A stretch of 64,000 nucleotides of DNA from Octopus vulgaris (GCA_951406725.2 OX597814.1:128836001-128900000), one strand, 5' to 3'. Numbered from the stretch's first letter, positions 36,815-49,227 are shown. The notes: generated by a model from the sequence alone, not told the origin. Translations and numbers: made by a program.

Positions 36815-38969
36815 TGGTTTCCGCTTCATCGGGGAATTACCTCCCTTTGCAGGTTAAGGGCACCGTGACGGTGTCGAGCCTTTCTGGTGACGTCGATGTT
36901 CGCCTGGGGCTAAATGCAACAGTAACACCCCCACCACCCTGCCCTGTCCCTAGCCATATTCAGATGGCTTTAGTCCCTTATGTTATCGAGCAGTTACTGT
37001 CTATATCCCTTTTAGAGAATTATTATTGCTATATATATATATATATACATATATACGACGGGCTTCTTTCAGTTTCCGTCAACCAGATCCACTCACAAGG
37101 CTTTGATCGGCCCGAGGCTATAGTAGAAGTCACTTGCCCAAGGTGCTACGCAGTGGGACTGAACCCAGAACCATGTGGTTGGTAAGCAAGTTACTTACCA
37201 CACAGCTACTCGTGCGCCTATATATCTATCTATCTATCTACACTCACACATACAGTTTAGTAAGTAAATAAATTTTGTTAACATGTTCCAACATTGTCTC
37301 ATAGTGATAAATAAAATGTCAACAAAATATCGACAATTTACTTTAACGCCTACTGCCTACCCTGAGTATATACTTGCAGTACATGTCTATATACTACACC
37401 TTCCCACACTGCAGCATGCACGTGATATGTGCATTTGATATCACGTGCAAAACTATTCAAGAGCTCAGTGTGCACATCTAAGAGAAGTGTCTAGTCTATT
37501 ATATACACAGAAATAATATACATTTAACTAATTATCTATATACAGTTTTGTTATTCTTTTCTATTTGTTATATTTTTATATTTTTACTGTGGAAACTAAT
37601 TTAATTTTAAATTTTCATTTTTGCCTTCCACTCTTGTATTCTTTCTTGCCACTTAATTCCATATAAAAGAAATTTTTTCTCTTTCATTCCTCCCCATTCA
37701 TTCACATTAATGTTATCAACTAACTTACTTAGCTTCGTTGAAATTTATGATTATCATTATCACATTTTTATTTTATTATTTTTTCATCATACATGCAGCA
37801 CCCCTCTTTCCTCCAGTCTATAGAAAATTTTGTATTTTATGAGTTTTTCATTTTGCTGGAAGTGTTAATCAATAAACAGTTTTTGCAAGCTCTCAGACTT
37901 CCCCCATTCCTCTGACTTCCATTGATCATCTACATGGCTTCTGTAGGAACTGATACAACCGTCCATCTCTTGCATTCTAGCCATGGAATTTCCTCTTGTA
38001 CACCATACTGTTGAGAGGCTAAACACTTGATCTGAAATCTCAGTAAGATATTTCAAAGGGAAATATCACATCATGGTGTCATCCTTCCCTGGCAAAACTT
38101 ATTGTTTTCTGCTATGCGTTAACCTCCTACCCCTTTCTTCTACAGCTGACTGATTTGTTTACCGTTTCCTCATTGTCTGCATCAGTAGCACTAAGCTTTA
38201 ACTCTAACTCCTCTCTGTACTATTATCCAAAGTCAGGATCTTTGTCTCCTTTCCATGTAATTAACATATATGGCCTCTCAATGTTGTTTTTTTCTTCAAT
38301 TTCGTTATAAAATTTATTCAAATAATACACAACATTCCTCCTTTCTTCATTCTATCCCAGCATCTGTAACCTTCTCACAAGAATATGGAATAATGGTTTT
38401 AAGAGATTTCTCTACTGAAGATGTAAAAGACAAAGTTGACAGTAAACTTTAACACATATTAAATAGATTTTGCTTTTTTTTTTTGTTTTTAATATATTTA
38501 TTTTCAGCATCTTTCTGTTGTCAGTCTCCATTGATCTGGAATTTCCAATTTTCTTCTGCTTGCTTTATGTATGTATGTATGTATATTCCATGAAGAACTC
38601 TAAACTAGATTTATTTTCCATGAATTCTACAGATGAGATAATAAATTCCTCATCACCAAAGATGGACTTACGTTATGGACTTCTGTAATTGTCTTATACT
38701 ATCTGATTCAAGCAAATAAATGCTTGTTTCTCCATAACAAAATGCATTCTTTTTCTCTTTAATTTCAGTGATACATTTTTGGTTTCTTTACTATGCTTTT
38801 CCAAGCAGATGATGATGATGATAATAACAATAATAATAATAATAATAATTCTTTCTAATTTTTGTCCAAGGCCAGCAATTTTGAGAGAAGTCAGTACCAT
38901 AGACCCAGTACTAGACTAATACTTTACTTTATTGATCCCAAGGAGGATGATAAATTTTACTTAAAAGAA

Positions 38970-39252
38970 TTCATTGCCAGTGCCGCTGGACTGGCTCCTG
39001 TGCAGGTGGCATGTAAAAAAAAACACCATTTGAGCATGACCGTTGCCAGTACCACCTGACTGGCCCTCATGCCAGTGGAACGTAAAAGCACCCACTACAC
39101 TCTCAGAGTGGTTGGCGTTAGGAAGGGCATCCAGCTGTAGAAACTCTGCCAGATCGGATTGGAGCCTGGTGCAGCCATCTGGTTTGCCAGTCCTCAGCCA
39201 AATTGTCCAACCCATGCTAGCATGGAAAGCAGACGTTAAACGATGATGATGA
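38970..39252 (+). mobile_element. SINE family C with (GAT)n tail
   Basis: GGTTGGCGTTAGGAAGGGCATCCAGCTGTAG...GACGTTAAACGATGATGATG. Confidence 0.8.
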
Positions 39253-39587
39253 ATTTGAACTGAGAACATAGAGAGCCAGAAATATTGCTATGTATTTTTT
39301 CCAATACTCCACTGATTCTGCCAATAGGACTCATGCGATAAACAGTTTTCTTTCCTTGAAATTTGTGGCCTTCTGCTTTGACAAAATTATTACAGCATTG
39401 AACAGGGTACTTGGCAGTTTTTATTATTTTTTTTCTAGCTTTTCACATTTTGAATTCAAATCTTGGTGAGGCCAACTTTGTCTTCCAATAAAATAAAGTA
39501 CTGATAAGGTACTAGTCAATGGTACGGGTTCAATTTCTACTAAAACTGACCTTGTGCCAAAATATGAACAATTATTGATACATGAAT

Positions 39588-39975
39588 ACTCTTTTATTTG
39601 TTTCAGTCATTTGACTGTGGCCATGCCGGAGCATCACCTTTTAGTTGAACAAATCGACCCCAGGACTTATTCTTTGTAAGCCTAGTACTTATTCTATCGG
39701 TCTCTTTTGCCAAACCGCTAAGTTAGGGCACGTAAATACACCAGCATCGGTTGTCAAGCCATGTTGGGCAACAAATACAGACACACAAACATACACATAT
39801 ATATACATATACGCGACAGGCTTCTTTCAGTTTCCGTCTACCAAATCCACTCATAAGGCTTTGGTCGGCCCAAGGCTATAGTAGAAGACACTTGCCCAAG
39901 GTGCCACGCAGTGGGACTGAACCTGGAACCATGTGGTTGGTGAGCAAGCTACTTACCACACAGCCACTCCTGCAT
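39588..39975 (-). mobile_element. SINE family A flanked by a 57-bp direct repeat
   Basis: Family A sequence; flanks 39531-39587 and 39986-40042 differ at 3 positions. Confidence 0.9.
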
Positions 39976-40416
39976 GCTGCATGTCCAATTTCTACCAAAA
40001 CTGACCTTGTGTCAAAATAAGAACAATTATTGATACATGAATGATAATAGCCTTGAGATTTCTGTACAGTACTACTGACCACAAAACCAACAGCTGTTGT
40101 TGCAGAAAGTTCTAGAAATGGAGTATATTTTGCGTAGAGACGAGAAAGAATACAAGTCTAACTATTCAGTGAGAACGCTTCATTGGAGAGGGATGAAATG
40201 TTGACTGGTTTTGCAAGATAAATAAAGAGTAATAAGAGAGAGGAGGAGTAGGAGGACGAAAAGTGATTATATTGGTAAAGAAGAATAAGGGAAGAGGGAG
40301 AAGAGGTAACAAGTGTTAGTGGCTGGGAAGGGAGCAATGGAGCGAGGAGAAAATAAAAGGAATGCCAATAGATTTGAAAACTCATTGAGGGAAAGGGAAC
40401 GTAATGATGGAAGTAC

Positions 40417-40437
40417 TATATACACACACACACACAC

Positions 40438-40485
<48 letters not shown>

Positions 40486-40504
40486 TATATACATGCACAC
40501 ACAC

Positions 40505-40546
<42 letters not shown>

Positions 40547-40579
40547 TATATACATGCACACACACACATACACACACAT

Positions 40580-40615
<36 letters not shown>

Positions 40616-40638
40616 TATATACATGCACACACACACAT

Positions 40639-40683
<45 letters not shown>

Positions 40684-40716
40684 TATATACATGCACACAC
40701 ACACATACACACACAT

Positions 40717-40753
<37 letters not shown>

Positions 40754-40790
40754 ATATACACATACGTACATGCATATATGTAAATATATT
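40417..40790. repeat. Compound (TA)n/(CA)n minisatellite with ~60-bp higher-order unit
   Basis: The unit CACACACATATATACATGCACACACAC recurs between TA runs. Confidence 0.9.
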
Positions 40791-43320
40791 TAAATGTAAG
40801 TACTTGTATAAACAATTGTACAACCATGCATGCATACACACACTTCCCATGTGTGTGTGTGTGTCTATATATACACACACATACAAACTTGGATATATGC
40901 ACATTAGTTTACTTGTTTTTTTTCTTTACCTTTTTTGGTTTTTGGATGATAGCTGGCCAGGCTACAACTGCACTGTCTATGCCTGTATGTGGCTGTTTGA
41001 TCTACATAAAATAGCAACCAAATCTCTCAAGTCACATCTTCCTGTCTTAATATAGGAAAAACACATTGGATAACAATCTAAATAAGACACAATGGTCATG
41101 GCCAGAAAGACTATGATCATAGGTCTGTTTAGTAAGGACTGACTTAGTATTTCATGGTTGCATTTTAACCAGTTGGAAGGGGCACATAATCACTCCATTA
41201 TTCAACCATTCAACCATACAACCCACAACCGTTATGCTATATAAACTCATAAAATGAATGCAAAACTAGGGTTGAGATGGGGATTATTCTACATTTAGAT
41301 TTCCTTTCCAATATCAAATATTCCATCATGAAGTGGCTTTGATAACTGTTTTCTGGCTATTTGTTGCTTTTATATAGTATTTCATAATTATTAAATTTTT
41401 TCTTTCCTTTTTTAGCAATAAACTTTATTGTAAACAATCTCCTAAGATGTTTAATTATCAAAGAGAAATCCAATGATAGAATTTATAGTTTACTGCAGCT
41501 AAGGGATTTTAAAGATATAAACATAGATGTATGAATGAAAACAACGAACTGTTTACATCATAGAATAAATATGAGGAATTATGAATCCAAAATATATGAA
41601 AGGCAGTCAGCTTGATTCAACAGAACAGGCAAATACACTAAATAAATAAAACAAAAAATAGTCTTCATAGAATGTTACTATTGGTTAATTCTAGGTGAAC
41701 TATGATCAAAAAGACCTATGATCAATGATGGCCTTCAATCCATGACTGTCATGTATTTTATTGAGAGCATCAAGGTCTATATTATTCAATGTGTCAAGCA
41801 CAGTGTCTCCTAATGGGCAATTAATACTAGGGAAGTAATCATTTTCCTTCATAGTATTTGGTGGGATTAGGAGCTTGTATTTGAAAATAAAGAAAAAACT
41901 GCCTAGATTACATCATCATCGTTTAACATCCGTTTTCTGTGCTAGCCCAGGTATTGCATACTTATGAAATTCTTAAAATGTCTAGTCAGTGGTTATCATA
42001 TGCAGCACTATTTCATTCATCTTAGAAATCTTCAGCATGACTTTAAAATTAGTAATATGTGATTTGAGGTAAATTTTGCTTCTATTTCTAGCATGTTGAG
42101 TACTCATATAGGGGCTCTCTTGTCTAGAGATGGAATTGGGAGCAGGGAACTTTTGAGGCACTATAGTTCCATATCGCAATTTCATAGTGTTTCTGTGTAA
42201 TTTCTGATTTATGCACTTTTGAAGGGAAGGGAGGGGGTTACCTGATTGCATTGATCCTCTGCACTTGATCAGTGCTTTAGTCTCCAGAGCAGTGAAAGAT
42301 AAAGCTGACCATAGCAAGATTTGAACTCAGAGTGTAAAGTTTGGGAAGAATATCAAGTTCCACAAGGCATTTTGTCCAATATTCTAACAGTTCTGCTTAT
42401 TCATTGCCCCTGTCTGTGTTTGTATATTGTGTCTGTAACAAAAAGTAATGAAATATAAAGAAACTACTTGATCAGGACAAACATGGGGCTAAACAACACA
42501 GGAATTTGTCTTGAAGCAACACATGTACACACTAACATGCCTTCGTTTTTTCTCCCTCTCTTTCTCTCTCTCCATTGACTATTCTTGAAATAAGGACATT
42601 TTCTTCAAGCAACACATGCACACATACTTAGTCACAATGCACACAAATACACATGCACACACACACACACACACATACACATGTACACTCAGTCATATGC
42701 ACACAAAAATCTTGCTACATCAGCAAATAAAGAAAAGCAAACCAAATTAAGAACAACTGAGTAAGGGTGGTGTGAGTTTATCTTGGGATATTATTTGTGT
42801 TTTGACAGGAAGAAGAGGAGGTGTTATGGCGAAGATATCTCGGTTCTTTTTGATGCATAGTCTTTCGGACCTATTTTATTTCATCTTTGAGGTGGTTGCT
42901 GTATTTTCTCTTCTGGATGGAACTAGATATTTGTACCAAAGATAAGATGTTTTAATGCCTCAGAAATAACAGTATCAAAGAACTCTTAACCTATTTTCAT
43001 ACAGTTGTTGAGGTCATTACAAAACACACACTAAATATATATCACGAATAGTTTTTCTTTGAACTGTTACAATAAAAGCACGATTGTGTTAGAGTTGGTT
43101 TGATCTTGCTGATTAATGTTTCTCTTTTCTTTTTTTATGTGGAACAATATTTGTAGGTTCCTGGAAGTTTCTGAAACTTCACCGTCTTATTTTCTAGATT
43201 AAGTGGTTGTTTAGTGGATTTAGTTTTAACCTTTTTTTTTTTTTTTTTTTTTTACAAAATAAGGGCCATAAGAATGTTACTGTTATCCTTATTGGTTTAA
43301 AGTGGTTTGTGTGTGTGTGT

Positions 43321-43588
43321 AATGGCAAGACAACAAAAGAATCAAAGAGACTTCGATATTATGTAAATAGAGGAATTTATTTGTAAAATATATGTGACAA
43401 TTATTTGGTAGCCATGATAAAAATCTGAGTTTCGGATGTTGGGGTGAAAACCCACGGTGGCATCTCTTCAGTTATCGGGCCATTGAAAAATCTCTTTCGA
43501 TGGCCCAATAACTGAAGAGATGCCAGTGTGGGTTTCTGCCCCAACATCCAAAACTCAGTTTTATCATGACTAGCGAATAATTGTCACA
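43321..43588. mobile_element. Inverted (head-to-head) pseudo-LTR-like fragments, each with a hammerhead-like motif
   Basis: Arms 43393-43488 and 43495-43588 are imperfect reverse complements. Motif GAUAA-CUGAAGA-GAUG..CAUC-C-GAAA-CUCAG..UU-UUAUC. Confidence 0.6.
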
Positions 43589-43609
43589 CACACACGCATG
43601 CACGCATGC

Positions 43610-43763
<154 letters not shown>

Positions 43764-43793
43764 ATAAAGAAAACTTGAAAAATAAAAACATGA

Positions 43794-44840
43794 ATGCGAA
43801 CCATTTTTCATTGCGGCAATGTATTAATGTGTGCACAAAGAGTGGTTGAACTGACTACACTACAGAAATGGATATTACATGAATTTCATAGTGGACACCT
43901 GGAGATGTCAAGAATGAAAGTTTTGATGAGGTGTTATGTATATTGGCCTACAATGGACTGGGACATTGAAAATTTGGTAAAATCATGTAGCGGTTGTGCA
44001 CTAGCAGCCAAGGCACCACTGGTGAAATACCAGTTGTGACCTGAGATGGATAGTCTGTGGTCCAGGACACATATAAACCATGCTGGACCAGTGAATAGTG
44101 TGTACTACTTGATCATTGTTGATAGCTTTACCAAGTGACCAGAAGTATGTAGGTGCAGTCAACCTACCTTGAAGGCAACAATAAAGTTCCTGAATGAACT
44201 TTTTGCTTGATACAGTGTTCCAGACACCATACTATTGGACAATAGAACACAATTTACAGGATATGAGTTCAAGAAACTCTGCAAAATGCATGCACTCAAG
44301 CACATGTTTACCCTGCCCTACCACCCGAGGTCAAATAAGCAAGCAGAATGATTCGTAGACACTTTCAAGCAAGCGCTAAAAAAGGCATGAGTTAGGAAAT
44401 GACTAAAAGCATTAACTAAGTTCTTAAGGATGTACAGAATAATGCCCAATCTGAATGCCAGTTCATGCAAATTGCCTGCAGAGTGAATATTTGCTCAAAA
44501 GACTAAATCAATTTTTGACAAATTCTTACCAAATGAAAAAACGTATAGAGAAAATACAAAAAGTTCAACCAAACATTTTGATGTTGGAGACAGTCCATTT
44601 CAAAGAATGGTAAAGAGAGTTGGTATAAAAGAATTGGAAACCTGATGTATTTAATAAAAGGCCAATGATGGGAGCATAAACAGCACCTAAATCAATTAAA
44701 CATCAGATATACAGAAGAAAGGAAAGAAATCTCAATGGAAGTGTTTTATGACATGTTTGATGTGCCAGCACTGAAAGAGATTGTGCCTAGATGCAGTAAC
44801 AGAAAACATAAACAGACTAAACATTTAGAAATAATTCCTA
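43794..44840 (+). pseudogene. Ty3/Gypsy LTR-retrotransposon integrase remnant
   Basis: HHCC finger (LHEFHSGH..RMK..RCYVYWP..DIE..VKSCSGC), then WSRTHINHAGP, LIIVDSFTK, VPDTILLDNRTQF, PYHPRSNKQAE, with in-frame stops. Confidence 0.85.
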
Positions 44841-44893
44841 AGCAGAAAAGGTACTCAACTCCTTAGGGAAGCAAAGTTTCAATAAGGGAGAGG

Positions 44894-45231
44894 TGTTTGG
44901 AAAGAAAGGAAAAAATAAAATAGAATAAATTTCATTTCCTACGGAAGTCGAAATCTGAAAATGGGAGATGTGGTGAGTCTCGACACCCCCTGTGAAGATA
45001 GACTTGATGAAATAACTATAAATAATAGCAGTCAAAGGGAGAGAAAAGGCATTAATTGCAAGAAGTAAGGTGTCATTTTGATAGCTTGTCAGGATATCAT
45101 TTGTTGGTTTGTGTATAGTTCATGGAGTTTGTTGGATTGTTATGTTGTTGTTACCCTGCTTTGTTATGTTTTATTGTTGCTATATGATTATAGTGTAAAC
45201 AAGTATCGTAATAAATAGTGATGATACTACA
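44894..45231 (+). mobile_element. Probable 3' LTR of the Gypsy remnant
   Basis: Polypurine tract AAGGGAGAGG immediately before TG; TATAAAT and AATAAA inside; ends TACA. Confidence 0.55.
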
Positions 45232-45843
45232 TTAATTGGCAAATAATAACTATATTACAATATTATTTCATGTTGCTAGTGGGTGGAAGGGTGGAAGAAT
45301 TGTTGGTGTGTCAGCAGAAATGCTTTATGGTATAGCTTCTGGTTCCCTACATTCTAAGTTCAAAATCCCACTTGCCTGGAGATGGCACCAGGAAACCACC
45401 CCAGTATTCATCTCCAGTTATGGTAGACATAGTTCTAATAATCAACTTAATGACAGCAGAGGAGGGTACTGGTCCTCCCAGGTTATATAAAGTGCTTGAG
45501 AAGGTTCACATGCACATGACTTACCCATGGGCAAACTGTCACTAGACTTGATGCATAAATGAGTAGGTGCAGGAATGACTGAGTTGTTCACTTTACAACC
45601 ACATGGATTCAGTCCCACTGTTTAACACCTTGGGCAAGTGTCTTATGCTGTGGCTCCAGCCTGACCAAGACTCATGAGGGAATTTGATTGACAGAAATTG
45701 CCAGAAACTCATTGCATGTGTATGTGTGTCCTCTTCAAATTAGGCTTTTTTTATATATTAAAAAGAGTATTTCTCCATTCTGAACAGCTGCTACACTGTC
45801 CCAAATATGTGAATGATACATTGATATGAACTGCACAGCATAT

Positions 45844-46103
45844 CTCCAGTTCTTATTTTGTCGGTCTCTTTTGTAGAACTGCTAAGTAAGGGGACATAAA
45901 CAAACCAACATCAGGTGTCAAGCAGTGATGAGGGAGACAAACACACACACACTGAGCTTCAACACAGTTTCCATCCATGGAATTCATTCACAAGATATTG
46001 GTTGGCCCAGGATTATAGTAGACGATTTTTGCCCAAGGTGTTGCACAGTGGGACAATACCTGAAACCACCTTTTTTGCGAAATGAACTTCACCACACAGC
46101 CAT
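45844..46103 (-). mobile_element. Diverged SINE A-like copy; inverted partner of 46617-46960
   Basis: Shares private substitutions with the downstream copy. Confidence 0.75.
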
Positions 46104-46616
46104 CAGCTTTTCAGAGTTTAAATATTTTCTGACTGTGAGACCAGAAGAGAAAACTCATGATGAAGATTTGGCTGTTACAAATGTATGGTTGCTATAAAAG
46201 ACTACCAGGGTTGTGAGGCCTCATACTTGTAATTTCAAACAGTGTAATTTCTTTCCATGCTTAAACTAAATAACTTTTGTACACTTCTATCCACCATTGG
46301 CCATGTAATCTTGCAATGTGTTAAGCTCTTAATGTTTTCTGATGAAAGACCTGTGTTTGTGTTTATTCTTGGAGAAGACATTAGATATTAAGTAAATATT
46401 TTATGACTTACTACGATAAATTGGCGCAAATGCATGCTAGCATAAACCATTAGATAATGATAATTGACAGAGAATAACCTCAAACATGAGATCTAAAAAA
46501 CTTTTTCATAAAGAAACTTAGACACTGTTTTTTATGTCTAAGCAGTCATTTAAAAACGGTTGCAAGTAAAAAGAAAATTGAAAATAATGTAAAATGCAGT
46601 AGAGAAAAAATAGCCT

Positions 46617-46960
46617 AGGCACAGGCATGGCTGTGTGGTAAAGCTGATTTCGCAAAAAAGGTGGTTTCAGGTATTGTCCCACTGTGCAACACCTTGGGCA
46701 AAAATCTACTATAATCCTGGGCCAACCAATACCTTGTGAATGAATTTCATGGATGGAAACTATGTAGAAGCTCAGTGTGTGTGTTTGTCCCCCTCATCAC
46801 TGCTTGACACCTGATGTTGGTTTGTTTATATCCTCTTACTTAGCAGTTCTACAAAAGAGACTGACAAAATAAGAACCGGAGCTAAAAATAAGTTCTGGCT
46901 AAACCCCTCAAGATGGTTTTCTTGCATGGCCACAGACCAAGGACTGAAATAAAAGATAAT
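46617..46960 (+). mobile_element. Diverged SINE A-like copy
   Basis: A box TGGCTGTGTGG, core ACCTTGGGCAA and tail recognisable. Confidence 0.75.
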
Positions 46961-48344
46961 CTAAAAATACAAATCAAAATGCTGTTTTTGTTAACCTTTC
47001 CATGATTATATTTCTTACAAGAGAGATTGCCTGTGTTACCTTGAACTTTCAAAATAGCAGTTTGAAAGGATTTAGTGAAATAACATTAAATTTTATCTAT
47101 AAGCTAGTGTTCAAATTTATAATGTATGATGCACTTAACTACCTAAGAATAAATCTGCAATGCAAAAAATATATATATATGCTGCCAACTATTATTCTTC
47201 GTCTAATAACAAAACTACTTATCAATTAAAATCTCACCTCATTCATGTTAATGTGAAATAGTAAGTGTAAAATTAGAAATGGTCAGTCGGATGAGTCGGT
47301 TTTGATAGGATGAGGACTAATGAAAGGAAATGTTTATTTTCTTTCAGTTTCCACCTATGATCTGATCATATCTACTTGATTGAGGTTGCTTAATATTAGA
47401 TCAGCCTTGACTGAGCAGACCTCCCATCAAAGATATTCAACCTGTATATCCCATCCTTTTAGAACTCTCCAGGGCTAGAGTGTCTGTTTGGGTCTTTTTC
47501 CTTTGTAAAGATATGACAGGAATGACATTTGGCTGCAGTTTCTAGCAGGTTGGGTAACTGCATAAAGCTCTCTTGTTGGCTCATATCTTAGTTCTAAATG
47601 ATAATCTGGTAGCTTAGTTTTAAGTTTAACAGCATAACTGTTTCTGAGTGAACATTTGTCTTTATTTACTCATGTGATAATTGTGTGTCACTATCATTTA
47701 AGCAGTGTCTTTTGTTTTCAATCTTATCATTTAACTTTGATCTTCCATGCTGGCATGGGTTGGATGGTTTGATAGGAGCTGGCAAACCAAAGGACTCACC
47801 AAGCTCCACTGTCAATTGTGGCATGGTTCTTACAACTGGATGCCCTTCTTAATGACAACAACTTTACAGAGTATAAACATATCTGGCCAATGAGGAAAAT
47901 ATTACCTTGCTTGGAAACAGGTGAAGGCTGGTGAAAGGAAAGGCATCAAGCTGTAGAAAATTTGTTTCAACAAATTCTGCTTTTATCCTGCAAGCATGGA
48001 AAAATGGATGTAAGAACAATGATAATCCTGAATCTTTCACTGTATACTTCTAGAACAATAAAAGCATTGAGAAATATATAAATAAATCTTCTATAAATGA
48101 TCTCTCATTTATAGACCACTAATTTGTTTTTCAATGCTTCTATTATATTTTTAATGCAAACAAACTTGCTTTCTTTAAATTTGGATGAAAGGTTGAAAAT
48201 TACGTAAGTGTAATGTTATCACAACTGTCTGGTTTATAATAGATACACGGTTTGAGCCTTGCAGGTAGCATTCTGCCTTATTTCGTGAGCTTTTAACCTT
48301 ATATATTATGAGCTATTATTTTCATATGCCAGATCAGCAGCTGA

Positions 48345-48511
48345 GATACAGTGCTGTGTGGCTGCATGGTAAGAAGTTTGCTTCTCAGCCACTTGGTTCT
48401 GGGTTCAGTCTCAGTGTGTGGCATCTTGGGTAAGCGTCTCCTACTAAAGCTTTGGGCTAACCAAAGATTTTTGGTTGACAGAAACTGAATGAAGCCTGTT
48501 GTGTGTGTGTA

Positions 48512-48560
<49 letters not shown>

Positions 48561-48593
48561 CATGGAAAATGGATGTTAATCAATGATGATGAT

Positions 48594-48628
<35 letters not shown>

Positions 48629-48825
48629 GTGTATGTGTGGGGGTCTTTGTATATGTTTGTCTCCTACCACCACTTAACTGATGTTAGTGTGTTTATGTCC
48701 CAGTAATTTAGCATAAGAGACTACTAGAAAAAGTATCAGGCTTTACAAAGTACTGGGGTCGATTTGTTCAACTAAAATTTTTTGAGGCTGTGCTCCAGCG
48801 TGGCCATAGTCCAATGAATGAATCA
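48345..48825 (+). mobile_element. Diverged SINE family A copy
   Basis: Head, internal microsatellite and 3' half recognisable. Confidence 0.7.
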
Positions 48826-48877
48826 GGGGAAACAGTATCATTTACAACTTAAAGAAAGGAAATAGGACACTCTTTTT

Positions 48878-49227
48878 ACATTATTTACATTTGATGGATA
48901 TTTGCCCTCATCTTATTTGTTGTTACCACAACGTTTTGGCTGATATACCCTCCAGCCTTCTTCAGGTGTCTTGGGGGAATTTCCAACCTGAGTTTTCATT
49001 CCTAAGGTATTTTTCAATGTTGTTGTTGTTGTTTTTGTTGTTGTTCTTCTTCTTCTTACTACCTGGAATCTAACTCGGGATCTTGTGGTTAGTAGCCACG
49101 CTCTTAAACACTACGCCATATGCCCATGAAGGCTGAAGGGTATATCAGCCGAAACAACAAAGATTAGGACAAATATCCATCAAATGTAAATACTGTACAT
49201 AATTCCTCATCTCTTAAATATAGAACT
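48878..49227. mobile_element. tRNA-headed, hammerhead-containing element with an inverted 3' fragment and 12-bp TSD
   Basis: TSD GACACTCTTTTT (48866-48877 / 49228-49239). Minus arm 48878-49125: tRNA-like head at 49060-49125, hammerhead at 48927-48968. Plus arm 49126-49227 repeats the hammerhead 3' part. Confidence 0.7.

Larger units (their letters stand above)
35933..37030. mobile_element. Retrozyme-like 360-bp tandem unit in head-to-head arrangement (minus arm 35933-36594, plus arm 36595-37030)
   Basis: Exact 360-bp period (35941.. = 36301..; 36595.. = 36955..). The arms are reverse complements of the same unit. One hammerhead per unit and no credible ORF. Confidence 0.85.
35582..37218 (-). 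mobile_element. SINE family A split by the 1.1-kb retrozyme-like insertion in its (TA)n tract
   Basis: The 3' half (35582-35932) and 5' half (37031-37218) are collinear parts of one SINE. Confidence 0.9.

Noticed and set aside
36838-36920. HDV-like fold in the 360-nt unit (ACC-UCCC..-GGU, GCUAA)
   Set aside because: No P2 partner for the sequence after CUAA, L3 is too long, and there is no P1.1 G.
35933-37030. CRISPR array or TIR DNA transposon interpretation
   Set aside because: There are no unique spacers. The inverted arms are permuted copies of one tandem unit with unequal ends, not TIRs.
35887-37185. ORFs of 63-123 aa in the 360-bp repeat (MVSASSGNYL..., MLSNRFSK...)
   Set aside because: Short, several with non-ATG starts, no recognisable domain, and some run into microsatellite or SINE sequence. 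RNA structure explains the region better.
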